From Bacteroidales bacterium (GTDB lineage: Bacteria > Bacteroidota > Bacteroidia > Bacteroidales > TTA-H9): a DNA stretch of 64,000 nucleotides. How positions within the stretch are numbered: the stretch's first letter is position 1; each line of letters begins with the position of its first letter. The position numbers were made by a program, and so were the translations under genes. Under the pieces are notes generated by a model. It saw only the letters and a list, made by a program, of their open reading frames with translations, searched no databases and was not told the DNA's origin. Shown one piece after another: positions 54,820 to 64,000 of the stretch. The stretch is taken from the NCBI GenBank assembly GCA_035411425.1, contig DAONSX010000001.1:65678-129677 (forward strand), read 5' to 3'.

Positions 54820-57768
54820 ATGCTGAGGATTGCGCATTCTTACTATAGTCTGAGATATGGAACTCTTTCCGTAGAAGATTTGGTCGAATTAGGTGCCGAG
54901 GCAGGGTTAAAGCGTCTAGTGCTGGCCGATATCAATAACACGGTAGGTTTGCCCGATTTTGTAAAAGCCTGTCATCGAGCGGACATATTACCCATAGCCG
55001 GTATGGATATCTTTAAGGAGAATCATCGGCTTTACACCTTGATAGCACGGAATGCAAATGGTTTTCGGGAGATGAATGAATTTATAAGCCAGTACAACAG
55101 CCAGCAAATTCCGTATCCTGACGAAGCTCCCGAGATGAAGGAAGTTATTGTGATTTATCCTTTTAGCAAGGCATTTACCCGACCTTTCAGCCCTCATGAA
55201 TTTATTGGCATACGACCAAGCGAACTGAACCGCCTGATATTTTCACCTCTGCGCAACCAAGTCGATCACCTGCTTGCCATTCAATACATCACTTTTGCCA
55301 ATGATGAGGGATATGAGATTCATCGAAATTTCAGAGCCATCGACAATAACATTTTACTTAGCAAGCTAAGTTCAGATTTATTGGCGGCAAAAGACGAGAG
55401 GTTGCTCGTGCCTGAGGCGAGCCAGAACTTTTTGAGAGATCACGAAGCGCTGGTGCAACATACCGAAAGAGTCTCAGAAAGTTGGCAGATAGATTTTGAT
55501 TTTATGACTTCGAAGAATAAAAAAACCTTCACGGGGAACAGGGAAGACGACAAGGTTTTGTTGGAAAAACTTGCGCTGGAAGGAATGGTTTATCGCTACG
55601 GAAAGGGGAATGCCGAAGCCGAGCAGCGAGTGCGATCGGAACTCGAAATTATTCATCGTTTAGGTTTTTCGGCTTATTTCCTCATTGCTTGGGATATAAT
55701 ACGTTACAGCATGTCGTTAGGGTTTTATCATGTAGGGCGTGGCAGTGGGGCCAACAGCGTCGTAGCTTATTGCCTGCGCATCACCGACGTGGATCCTATA
55801 GAGCTGAATCTTTATTTTGAGCGTTTTATCAATCCCAAACGGAGCAGTCCACCCGATTTCGACATAGATTATTCGTGGAAGGACAGAGATACGGTGATTG
55901 ACTATATCTTCAAACGATATGGTCGTCAGCATACGGCTTTGTTGGGGAGTATGTCCACTTTTCGCGATCGCTCCATCTATCGGGAATTAGGGAAAGTTTA
56001 TGGGCTTCCCAAACATGAAATCGATGAGCTGGCCGAACATCCGGAATTCAGAATTCAACGCGACCATATTGCCCGACACATACATGAGATTGCCTGCAAA
56101 ATAGCGGATTTCCCCAATATCCGCTCCATTCATGCAGGAGGTATTCTTATTTCGGAAGAACCTATTACTGCCTATACCGCGCTTGATTTGCCCCCCAAGG
56201 GATTTTTAACAACGCAGTGGGATATGTATGTAGCCGAAAGCCTTGGATTCGAGAAGCTTGACATTCTGAGCCAAAGAGGTATAGGACACATTAAAGAGTG
56301 TGCCGATATTGTACTTCAAAACCGCGGTCTCAAAATCGATGTTCATCAAGTCGATCAATTCAAGGCCGACCCTTTGGTTCGCGAAAAAATACGTAATGGA
56401 GAAACTATGGGATGTTTTTACATAGAAAGTCCAGCTATGCGAGGTTTGCTCAAGAAACTTGCCTGCGACAATTACTTGAGCCTTGTAGCAGCCAGCAGCA
56501 TCATTCGTCCGGGGGTTGCACGTTCAGGCATGATGCGTGAATATATCTACCGTTTTCATCATCCCAACGAGTTCTCGTATATTCATCCCATCATGAAAGA
56601 ACAATTGGCCGAGACCTATGGCGTGATGGTTTATCAAGAAGATGTATTGAAGGTTTGCCATCATTTTGCCGGGCTCGACCTTGCCGATGCCGATGTACTG
56701 CGCAGGGCCATGAGCGGAAAGTTCCGCGGGAAAAAGGAAATGGCACGCATAGTAGATAGATTTTTTAGCAACTGTCGTGAACGTGGATACCCCGAGGATA
56801 TCATCGCAGAAGTTTGGCGGCAAATAGCATCCTTTGCCGGTTATTCTTTCTCGAAGGCTCATTCGGCATCGTATGCGGTCGAAAGTTACCAAAGCCTCTA
56901 TCTGAAAGCCCATTTCCCCTTAGAATTTATGGTAGCCGTCATCAACAACTTTGGCGGATTCTATTCCACCTGGGTTTATTTTAATGAAGCTCGTCGCTAT
57001 GGTGCTCGAATTGAACTGCCCTGCGTAAACAAGAGTCGAGTGGTTACCTCGATAGAGGGAAACACCATTTACATTGGATTCATCCATATCGAAAACCTCG
57101 AACGTGATTTTTCGCAACTTATCGTAAGCGAAAGAGAAAGAAATGGCCTTTATCTTGACCTGGCCGATTTTATCGAACGCACTCAGGCCAAACTGGAGCA
57201 AACCCTTCTGCTAATCCGCACAGGAGCTCTTAGATTTACCGGAAAAACGAAAGCCAATCTGATGTGGGAAGCACATATCTTCCTGAATAAAAAAAATTCT
57301 CAGGCTTCTTCTCAACCTCCCTTATTCAAAATTTCTGCACGACCTTTCCAGCTTCCTGCTCTTCCTTCCAATTCGCTTGAAGATGCCTACGACGAAATAG
57401 AACTTCTTGGTTTCCCCGTTACCGTGTCTTATTTCGATATGCTACAAACCCGTTTTCGTGGAGAAGTAATAAGCCGAAACATGATACAGCATGTCGGCAA
57501 AACCGTAAGAATGCTCGGATATTTAGTTACACTCAAATATGTACGTACCGTTAAAAACGAATTGATGCATTTTGGAACCTTTGTAGATGCCGAAGGTGAA
57601 CTCTTCGAAACCGTCCACTTCCCCAACTCGCTCAAGCAATATCCCTTTCATGGAAAGGCCATGTATCTGCTCGCAGGAACCATTACCGAAGAATTTCAAC
57701 ATCCCTCGCTCACCATTACTAAAATGGCAAAATTGCCTTTTCAGCCCGATCCTCGACATAAAAATTAA
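54820..57768 (+). CDS. dnaE2: DNA polymerase III alpha-subunit family protein, DnaE2 / ImuC-like by size (982 aa)
   Basis: PHP N-terminus LRIAHSYYSLRYGTLSVEDLV, the palm region GRGSGANSVVAYCLRITDVDPIE, FERFINPKRSSPPDFDIDY, and FSKAHSASYA. It is about 250 aa shorter than the replicative DnaE lengths I remember for this phylum. Confidence 0.75.
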   Translation: MLRIAHSYYSLRYGTLSVEDLVELGAEAGLKRLVLADINNTVGLPDFVKACHRADILPIAGMDIFKENHRLYTLIARNANGFREMNEFISQYNSQQIPYPDEAPEMKEVIVIYPFSKAFTRPFSPHEFIGIRPSELNRLIFSPLRNQVDHLLAIQYITFANDEGYEIHRNFRAIDNNILLSKLSSDLLAAKDERLLVPEASQNFLRDHEALVQHTERVSESWQIDFDFMTSKNKKTFTGNREDDKVLLEKLALEGMVYRYGKGNAEAEQRVRSELEIIHRLGFSAYFLIAWDIIRYSMSLGFYHVGRGSGANSVVAYCLRITDVDPIELNLYFERFINPKRSSPPDFDIDYSWKDRDTVIDYIFKRYGRQHTALLGSMSTFRDRSIYRELGKVYGLPKHEIDELAEHPEFRIQRDHIARHIHEIACKIADFPNIRSIHAGGILISEEPITAYTALDLPPKGFLTTQWDMYVAESLGFEKLDILSQRGIGHIKECADIVLQNRGLKIDVHQVDQFKADPLVREKIRNGETMGCFYIESPAMRGLLKKLACDNYLSLVAASSIIRPGVARSGMMREYIYRFHHPNEFSYIHPIMKEQLAETYGVMVYQEDVLKVCHHFAGLDLADADVLRRAMSGKFRGKKEMARIVDRFFSNCRERGYPEDIIAEVWRQIASFAGYSFSKAHSASYAVESYQSLYLKAHFPLEFMVAVINNFGGFYSTWVYFNEARRYGARIELPCVNKSRVVTSIEGNTIYIGFIHIENLERDFSQLIVSERERNGLYLDLADFIERTQAKLEQTLLLIRTGALRFTGKTKANLMWEAHIFLNKKNSQASSQPPLFKISARPFQLPALPSNSLEDAYDEIELLGFPVTVSYFDMLQTRFRGEVISRNMIQHVGKTVRMLGYLVTLKYVRTVKNELMHFGTFVDAEGELFETVHFPNSLKQYPFHGKAMYLLAGTITEEFQHPSLTITKMAKLPFQPDPRHKN

Positions 57769-58211
57769 ACTATCGAAGGAAACCCGGGTTCGCTTCAGCA
57801 TCCGCCTGGGTCGAACCACCCTGGCAAGCTGTATCTTCATGATTTTTCGCAGCTACTTTCTTCGCTTAACAATAGAACTATGTGTTATAACTAAAACCTG
57901 ACCTTCCCAACATTTCATATCTCTTGACGGTGTTTCAATAATATCATTAGGTCATCTACCTGCCACTATCGAATCCCCTAACAGGATTAATTATACATAA
58001 AATTTTCGCACAACTAACTGATTGAGGAAGAATCAGTTTATTTGTCATCTAAGGACATTATAGAATAAACTCAACAAATTTAAGTGGAATACAATCTTTT
58101 AGAATTAATTTGTTTTTAATGCGATTTGCAACTGCTGACATTTTGTGGCTAAATCCAGACTCTGAGCTAAACTTATAGAGAATAAATCTAATCTAATACT
58201 TCCTTGAATCC

Positions 58212-59603
58212 TTATTTGGCTAAATTCTCAGATTTACGAGCCATTGAAGCCCAAACTCCGAGAATGCCCAAAATAACGAAGATGATAAATGTTGTTCGTT
58301 GGGAATGGAGGAATAATGACAAATTGCCTGCATGAATCTTCGAATTGCCGAGGAAGATATTTATTACTAAAGTTGCAATCCCCATGCTGATCATTTGTCC
58401 GGTCAAACGCATAGTACCTACAGTAGCCGAGGCCACCCCAAGGTATTTCTTTTCTACCGACCCCATAATGGCATTTGTGTTGGGTGAGGTAAACAAACCA
58501 AAGCCTATTCCAATCACCCCAAGAATCACCATTAAATAAATGAGGGATGAATTTGTTCCCAAGGGGATGAGCGCCATAAGACCGAGTGTGATGGTACTCA
58601 TGCCTGCAGAGGCCAAAATACGAGGGTCATATACATCCGACATACGGCCCGAAAAATACGACACTATCACCATCATTGCAGGCTGAATCACCAGAATCAA
58701 ACCCGCATCGCGGGGATTGAGGCCTTTTACATACTGAAGATATAAGCTCAACATAAAAGTAATGGCAAAAGTAATGGCGTAATTGAGTAAAGCTGCCAGA
58801 TTCGACATGGCAAAAAGCCGGTTATGGCTCAGCAATCGCATATCGAATACGGGAAAATCGGATTGAATTTCTATTTTTACGAAAAAATATAAACCAATTA
58901 AAGAAATGAAAGCCAATATGATAGCCCAGAAATTCGGGAGATGGCTAAAACCATACATAAATGCCGACATGGCGATGATATATAGAATTCCTCCTTTCCA
59001 ATCAAATTGTTCCGAATGTGGGCTTTTCCATTCCGTTTTTACGAGAAGAGGCATGGAAATAGCCACGAAAGCCACTGGAATAGCAGTTAAATAGAATATG
59101 CTTTGCCAGCCCCAGTTTTTAACGAGGAAACCGGCAATAAGAGGACCAAGCGACAGTCCCAAATAAACCGCCATTACGTTAGTACCAATGGCTTTGCCTC
59201 TTTCGTTGGCAGGGAAAATATCCGTAATAATGGCCATATTCGTTCCAAACATCATTGCACCCCCAGCACCCTGAAGCACACGAGAAGCCAATAAAAGCCC
59301 CACACTCGGACTCATGGCACAAAAAATAGAACTCAATGAGAACAAGATGGTCCCACTAAGGAAAACTCTCTTTCGTCCAATGATATCGGCTATTTTCCCC
59401 AAAGGAACCATTAAAACAGCCGATGACAATAGAAACGACATGGCTACCCAACTCATCATCACAGCATGGAGCCCGAAGTGGGAACCAATTGCAGGTAAAG
59501 CAAGATTAATGGATGATCCCATAAAAGGATTTGCAAACGAGGTAATCAGTATAAGCGTAAGAATCAAATTGCGATGCCGAGTCGGAAGTTCTTTCTCACT
59601 CAT
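58212..59603 (-). CDS. MFS transporter, DHA2-like (14-TM drug:H+ antiporter family)
   Basis: 463 aa with about 14 hydrophobic segments. MFS motif A-like GKIADIIGRKRVF and motif C-like region. Confidence 0.82.
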   Translation of the reverse strand: MSEKELPTRHRNLILTLILITSFANPFMGSSINLALPAIGSHFGLHAVMMSWVAMSFLLSSAVLMVPLGKIADIIGRKRVFLSGTILFSLSSIFCAMSPSVGLLLASRVLQGAGGAMMFGTNMAIITDIFPANERGKAIGTNVMAVYLGLSLGPLIAGFLVKNWGWQSIFYLTAIPVAFVAISMPLLVKTEWKSPHSEQFDWKGGILYIIAMSAFMYGFSHLPNFWAIILAFISLIGLYFFVKIEIQSDFPVFDMRLLSHNRLFAMSNLAALLNYAITFAITFMLSLYLQYVKGLNPRDAGLILVIQPAMMVIVSYFSGRMSDVYDPRILASAGMSTITLGLMALIPLGTNSSLIYLMVILGVIGIGFGLFTSPNTNAIMGSVEKKYLGVASATVGTMRLTGQMISMGIATLVINIFLGNSKIHAGNLSLFLHSQRTTFIIFVILGILGVWASMARKSENLAK

Positions 59604-59819
59604 GACAAAGGTTTTGATAAAATTACAAGCTTTGAGCCAATGGTTTACTTTATCTTATAGTCTTTACCTTTAATTTTATTCGTAATGCATTATTTATCAA
59701 TTCATAACAAAAATACAAAGAAGAGCATTTTTATATTATCATAGTGCAAATCGATACCTGTTATCACTATTGTGATTAGGCTGAAAAATCAAAGTTCGAA
59801 ATATAAAGAGGCGCCGATG

Positions 59820-59827
59820 TAAATTTG
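59820..59827 (+). promoter_or_regulatory. Candidate -7 box for the glycosyltransferase-like gene
   Basis: TAAATTTG lies 21 nt upstream of the ATG at 59848. Confidence 0.4.
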
Positions 59828-59847
59828 CAAAAATGATGCATAACTGA

Positions 59848-61068
59848 ATGAATTCAAAAACTTCATCGAAAATATACGTTGCCATGCCTGTTATGGCAGA
59901 ATATGAATATCTGCCTACTTTGCTCGAATGTTTGGAGAATCAAAGTTTCCAGAATTTCAAGCTTGTAGTTTGTGTAAATCAACCCGATGATTATCGCTTC
60001 AATCCCAATAAAATCCACATTTATGAAGACAATCAGAAATGCTTGAGTTTACTGAAATCCAGTTCATATTCATTTGATATCGAGATTATCGATAGGTCTT
60101 CTACCGATATGGGGTGGAAAGGGAAGCATTGTGGGGTAGGGCAAGCCCGCAAAACAGTGATGGATGCTATTGCACGGGAAGCTAAAAATAACGATGATAT
60201 CATTGTGAGTCTGGATGCTGATACGCTATTTGGGACAGATTATTTAGAGGTTATAGCCCAGACTTTTCTTGATTATTCTTATATTGCTGCTTTATCGGTT
60301 CCTTATTATCATCCGCTCACCCAAGATGAAATTACCAATCGCTGTATTCTCCGTTATGAAATATATATGCGGGTGTATGCTCTGAATATGTTATTCATTC
60401 ATAATCCCTATGCTTTTACGGCAATTGGTTCGGCTATGGCTTTAAGAGTCGATATTTACCGAAAAGTAGGAGGCATTACACCGCATCGAGCTGGTGAAGA
60501 TTTCTATTTTTTACAAAAACTCCGTAAACATGGTTCAGTGCTTACGTGGTGTCCAGCGAAAATCTATCCTGCTGCACGGTTTTCCGATAGAGTTATCTTT
60601 GGCACTGGCCCGGCAATGATTCGAGGCAGGGAAGGCCATTGGGAGGCCTATCCCATTTTTCACCATTCATTGTTCGATACGGTGAAAATTACCTTCGAGG
60701 CATTCTCGAGATTATACTTAGAAAAAATAAAAACGCCTATGGATGTTTTTTTAGAAGATATTTTTCGAACTTCCGACATTTGGGGACCACTGCGTAAAAA
60801 TTCCAGTGAGATAAAATCGTTTGTAAAGGCTTGTACACAGAAAATTGATGCCTTGCGCATACTTCAATTTCTGAAAAAATACCATCCTCAAATCAAAAAA
60901 TCTGACGAGATTTGCCTCAAAGAATTCATGATGCATTATTTCCCTGAGAGTCATCCAGCGCTGATCGAAAGTTTCGACACTTGCAATATAAATGCCTTGC
61001 AGGAAATTCGTGATTTTCTTACTATGAAAGAATATTCTTATCGACAGCATCATCCTTTGCTTCAGTAG
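59848..61068 (+). CDS. Divergent GT-A fold glycosyltransferase-like protein (406 aa)
   Basis: The N-terminus YVAMPVMAEYEYLPTLLECLENQSFQNFKLVVCVNQPD resembles the GT2 start but lacks the usual DDGS. A DxD-like SLDADT is present. The long C-terminal extension is uncharacterised. Confidence 0.55.
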   Translation: MNSKTSSKIYVAMPVMAEYEYLPTLLECLENQSFQNFKLVVCVNQPDDYRFNPNKIHIYEDNQKCLSLLKSSSYSFDIEIIDRSSTDMGWKGKHCGVGQARKTVMDAIAREAKNNDDIIVSLDADTLFGTDYLEVIAQTFLDYSYIAALSVPYYHPLTQDEITNRCILRYEIYMRVYALNMLFIHNPYAFTAIGSAMALRVDIYRKVGGITPHRAGEDFYFLQKLRKHGSVLTWCPAKIYPAARFSDRVIFGTGPAMIRGREGHWEAYPIFHHSLFDTVKITFEAFSRLYLEKIKTPMDVFLEDIFRTSDIWGPLRKNSSEIKSFVKACTQKIDALRILQFLKKYHPQIKKSDEICLKEFMMHYFPESHPALIESFDTCNINALQEIRDFLTMKEYSYRQHHPLLQ

Positions 61069-61090
61069 TTGCTTTTATACACTTTTATAC

Positions 61091-62008
61091 ATGATTACAA
61101 TACTTGGACCTACGGCAGTTGGGAAAACACGCATTTCGGCTATGATAGCTGCTCGGATGGATGCCGAGATTATTTCGGCCGATTCACGTCAAGTGTTTCG
61201 TGGAATGGATTTAGGCACAGGCAAGGATTTACAGGATTATTTCGTAGATGGCAGTTTTATTCCCTATCATTTGATCGACATCCGTCAGCCAGGCGAAGAA
61301 TATAGTGTATGGGATTTTTCATGTGATTTCAAGAAAGCTTATCTCGAAATTCGTAGTAGAGGCAGGCAGGTAATTCTATGCGGTGGTACAGGTTTATATA
61401 TCGAAGCAGTGATTGGAGGGTATTATATGCCTCAGGTACCCGAGGATAAAAATTTAAGAAATTCTCTCGAAAAAGAATCTATCGAAAATCTTATCACTCG
61501 GCTTGCATCCCTGCGACCTTTACACAATACTACCGATATTACCGACCGAGCTCGTTTAATTCGTGCCATCGAAATAGAAACTTGGAAACTTTCACATCCC
61601 CGAGAAGAAACCTTCGTACCTCCCAATTTTATTCTTGGCATTACATTACCCCGAGAAGAGCTTCGAATGAGGATTACCCAAAGACTTCACAAACGAATAG
61701 AGCAAGGCATGATAGAAGAAGTAGAGCAGCTCAAGAAGCTTGGCATAAGTCACGAAAATCTCGATTCCTATGGATTGGAATATCGCTTTATAAGCCGTTA
61801 CCTGAAAGGGCAGATGTCGAAAAATGAAATGGTAGAATCGTTAAATACGGCTATTCATCAGTTTGCGAAACGGCAAATGACGTGGTTCAGAAGGATGGAA
61901 CGCAAGGGATTTCGGATTCACTGGTTAGATGGAATGCAATTAGCTGAAGAAGTCGTGAAAAAGGCTATGCAGGTTCTCGATAGCCATCCAGATCAATGGA
62001 AGGAATGA
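61091..62008 (+). CDS. miaA: tRNA dimethylallyltransferase
   Basis: P-loop ILGPTAVGKT, IISADSRQVFRGMDLGTGK, and AKRQMTWFRR. Confidence 0.93.
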   Translation: MITILGPTAVGKTRISAMIAARMDAEIISADSRQVFRGMDLGTGKDLQDYFVDGSFIPYHLIDIRQPGEEYSVWDFSCDFKKAYLEIRSRGRQVILCGGTGLYIEAVIGGYYMPQVPEDKNLRNSLEKESIENLITRLASLRPLHNTTDITDRARLIRAIEIETWKLSHPREETFVPPNFILGITLPREELRMRITQRLHKRIEQGMIEEVEQLKKLGISHENLDSYGLEYRFISRYLKGQMSKNEMVESLNTAIHQFAKRQMTWFRRMERKGFRIHWLDGMQLAEEVVKKAMQVLDSHPDQWKE

Positions 62009-63033
62009 TTAAAATGACAAAGAATATGAACGAAAGAAAAAATATTATCATTACAGGAGCTACGGGTTTTATTGGAAGTTTTCTTACCGAAATTGGCGTC
62101 GAAAAAGGATGGCAGGTAACCGCCTGGGTAAGGGAAACAAGTAATACCGAACATCTCCCTTCTGGAGTAAATCTCATAAAAGCGGGTTTTTCTAATCGAC
62201 AGAAGATGATGGAAGCATTACAGATGATCGAGCGCCAGAATGGTTCCATCGATTATATCGTTCATAATGCTGGAGTTACAAAAACAACTCATCCTGAGGA
62301 CTTTGATAGGGTGAATGCAGAAAATACCGGCAGATTTATCGAAGCTATTCAGGAAAGTGGTATTTCAATTGCAAAATTTATTCTGATGAGTAGTTTGGCA
62401 GCCTTGGGGCCAGGCAATCCCCAAACCCTCGAACCACTTCATCCTGATGATGTTCCAAAACCCGATACCTTGTATGGAAAAAGCAAGTTAAAGGCTGAAA
62501 AAATTGTTCGCCAATCGTCTTTACCCTGGAATATCATGCGACCCACAGGAGTGTATGGCCCACGAGAAACCGATTATTACCTCATGCTCCGCACAATAAA
62601 GAAAGGACTGGCTCCAGTTACTGGCTGCAAGCCTCATTTCCTTTCTTTTGTCTATGTAAAAGACTTGGTAAAAGCCGTTTTTTTAGCTCTCGAAACACCT
62701 ATTACACAACAAACATTTCATGTTTCTGACGGTAAAACCTATACCGATCGTGAATATAGGGATTTATGCTGCAAAATTCTCAATACAAACGCCTTGAAGG
62801 TAACGGTACCGCATTGGGTTTTAAAAGCCGTTAGTTTTATTTCGGAAACCTTTGCCCGACCTTTTAAGATTACACCTACCCTCAATAAGGATAAATATTT
62901 AACTATGAGAGCAATAAACTGGAAATCCGATATCAGCAATACCATCGAAATGCTTCATTATTCTCCTGAATACGATCTGCAACGTGGTTTGGACGAATCT
63001 ATCCAATGGTATAGAAAAGAGGGTTGGCTGTAA
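62005..63033 (+). CDS. NAD-dependent epimerase/dehydratase (extended SDR family)
   Basis: Rossmann motif IIITGATGFIGSFL and catalytic YGKSK (YxxxK). I prefer the start at ATG 62005, which forms an ATGA overlap with the miaA stop; the track start is 61996. Confidence 0.85.
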   Translation: MIKMTKNMNERKNIIITGATGFIGSFLTEIGVEKGWQVTAWVRETSNTEHLPSGVNLIKAGFSNRQKMMEALQMIERQNGSIDYIVHNAGVTKTTHPEDFDRVNAENTGRFIEAIQESGISIAKFILMSSLAALGPGNPQTLEPLHPDDVPKPDTLYGKSKLKAEKIVRQSSLPWNIMRPTGVYGPRETDYYLMLRTIKKGLAPVTGCKPHFLSFVYVKDLVKAVFLALETPITQQTFHVSDGKTYTDREYRDLCCKILNTNALKVTVPHWVLKAVSFISETFARPFKITPTLNKDKYLTMRAINWKSDISNTIEMLHYSPEYDLQRGLDESIQWYRKEGWL

Positions 63034-63163
63034 AATGGGGGATGGGGAATGGTGAATTATAAGTTAAAATAATGAAAATGAATATGTTAGTATTAAAAAA
63101 TACTCCCTGAAATCCCCCTCGCTCATTCTCCCCGTCTCTTCGTCTCCTCGTCCCGTCGTCCCG
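63032..63163 (+). repeat. Copy B of the ~130-nt bipartite intergenic element
   Basis: AAAATGGGGGATGGGGAATGGTGAATTATAAGTTAAAATA...GAAAATGAA...ATCCCCCTCGCTCATTCTCCCCGTCTCTTCGTCTCCTCGTCCCGTCGTCC. It begins immediately after the SDR stop codon. Confidence 0.5.
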
Positions 63164-63279
63164 CAATCTCTTCATAATCTTAAAGGCATCCTCGCATTAC
63201 GTATTGCATATCAATTTTCACTTTTCATCTTGGATGTCGTACTTTTGTTTCACTTTATCTTTTTTCATGCTTACATCTT

Positions 63280-64000
63280 ATGAATCTCTATTCGCGTAAG
63301 AGAAAATGGAAATGGTTATTGGGTTTATTTGCTCTGTTGATCTTCGGGAGTACAATTTTTTATACGGATCATCTTGTAAGGCAAATTAAAGAAGCCGACC
63401 AGAAGAATCTTCGTATATGGGCTGATGCTGTGAATCGCAAAGCTGCATTAGTTAATTATACCGATAATTTTTTCCGACAAATTCAGGAAGAAGAACGCCG
63501 ACGGGTTGAACTTTTAGCAGAAGCTTACAAACGATTGATAGTAACCGACGATCAGGCCGATCTGACCTTTTACCTCAACATGCTCGAAAAGAATAAAACT
63601 ATCCCTGTGCTTCTTACCGATGAAAACTATAACATACTGAGTGCTACTAACATAGATATCGACCTATCAACTACAAAAAAATTAGAAGGAGCCTTGCTGC
63701 AGGAATTTACAAAATACCCTCCCATCGAAGTCCCCTATATGAAAGGGAAAAAAAATTTTCTCTTTTATACCGACAGTCGATTATTTAGTGAACTGCATGA
63801 AGTCCTCAACGACCTCAACCAGTCCTTTATTTCCGAAGTAGTACTTAATTCCGCTTCAGTACCGGCCTTGATCATCGACAGTACCAAAAGTCAAATTCTT
63901 GCTTTCGGAAATATCGATAGTATATTGCTTGCCGATTCAGCTTCGCGCAATAAAATTATCCAGGAACTTTCGGTAGCCAATGTACCCATTCCCATCACAC
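63280..64000 (+). CDS. N-terminal part of a membrane-anchored protein, possibly a sensor histidine kinase; it runs off the window and is absent from the ORF track
   Basis: ATG at 63280, open to base 64000 (240 codons): MNLYSRKRKWKWLLGLFALLIFGSTIFYTDHLVRQIKEADQKNLRIWADAVNRKAAL... The TM anchor plus this N-terminal pattern resembles Bacteroidota sensor kinases from memory. No kinase domain is visible within the window. Confidence 0.5.
   Translation, partial: MNLYSRKRKWKWLLGLFALLIFGSTIFYTDHLVRQIKEADQKNLRIWADAVNRKAALVNYTDNFFRQIQEEERRRVELLAEAYKRLIVTDDQADLTFYLNMLEKNKTIPVLLTDENYNILSATNIDIDLSTTKKLEGALLQEFTKYPPIEVPYMKGKKNFLFYTDSRLFSELHEVLNDLNQSFISEVVLNSASVPALIIDSTKSQILAFGNIDSILLADSASRNKIIQELSVANVPIPIT

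Noticed and set aside
57769-57830. A GC-richer patch after dnaE2 containing AACCCGGGTT and GGGTCGAACC, which looked like a tRNA fragment or terminator
   Set aside because: I could not fold it into a T-arm or cloverleaf. The palindrome has no loop and no T-tract follows.
1-64000. CRISPR arrays, rRNA, intact IS/transposase or integrase genes, toxin-antitoxin pairs or known defence-system genes
   Set aside because: I scanned both strands and the ORF track. I found no regularly spaced direct repeats, no transposase, integrase, nuclease or methylase signatures, and no small adjacent gene pairs of TA type.

Overview
This 64-kb window looks like ordinary chromosomal DNA from a Bacteroidota-type genome. 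The signs are about 40% GC by eye, TAnnTTTG '-7' promoter boxes, three proteins with T9SS C-terminal sorting domains, a DUF4199 protein, an Oar-like TonB-dependent receptor and many TPR proteins. I support about 50 CDSs. Most are housekeeping genes: fmt, HU, recQ, lepB, ndk, nrnA, aroC, lpxB, surE, maf, nadE, miaA and a DnaE2-like polymerase. There are two RNA genes, a small SRP RNA and tRNA-Pro(GGG). I saw no CRISPR array, no intact mobile element, no rRNA and no recognisable defence system. I cannot point to a clearly novel multi-gene system. The items most worth a second look are:
- a diverged ~130-nt bipartite intergenic element present in two inverted copies 21 kb apart, possibly with a third partial copy;
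- a complete GDP-D-glycero-alpha-D-manno-heptose operon next to GT4/GT2/DUF4199 genes, with no GT9 heptosyltransferase in the window;
- an MFS transporter, nucleotidyltransferase and APH-fold kinase triad that looks like a one-step sugar-to-NDP-sugar salvage route;
- four tandem FKBP lipoproteins carrying 8 FKBP modules;
- a 1447-aa TPR protein built from about 20 copies of a ~70-aa super-repeat, facing a 470-bp AT-rich region with TTACA-nn-TGTAA palindromes and an XRE regulator;
- an orphan dnaE2 gene;
- two stretches (~1 kb and ~0.64 kb) of frame-broken ORFs.
All family assignments come from motif recognition by eye; no searches were run. My own base counts disagreed by 1 nt with the ORF track near 16.66 kb, so coordinates of non-ORF features may be off by about 1 nt. 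The ORF track uses TTG and GTG as well as ATG starts, so several starts were moved to internal ATGs.
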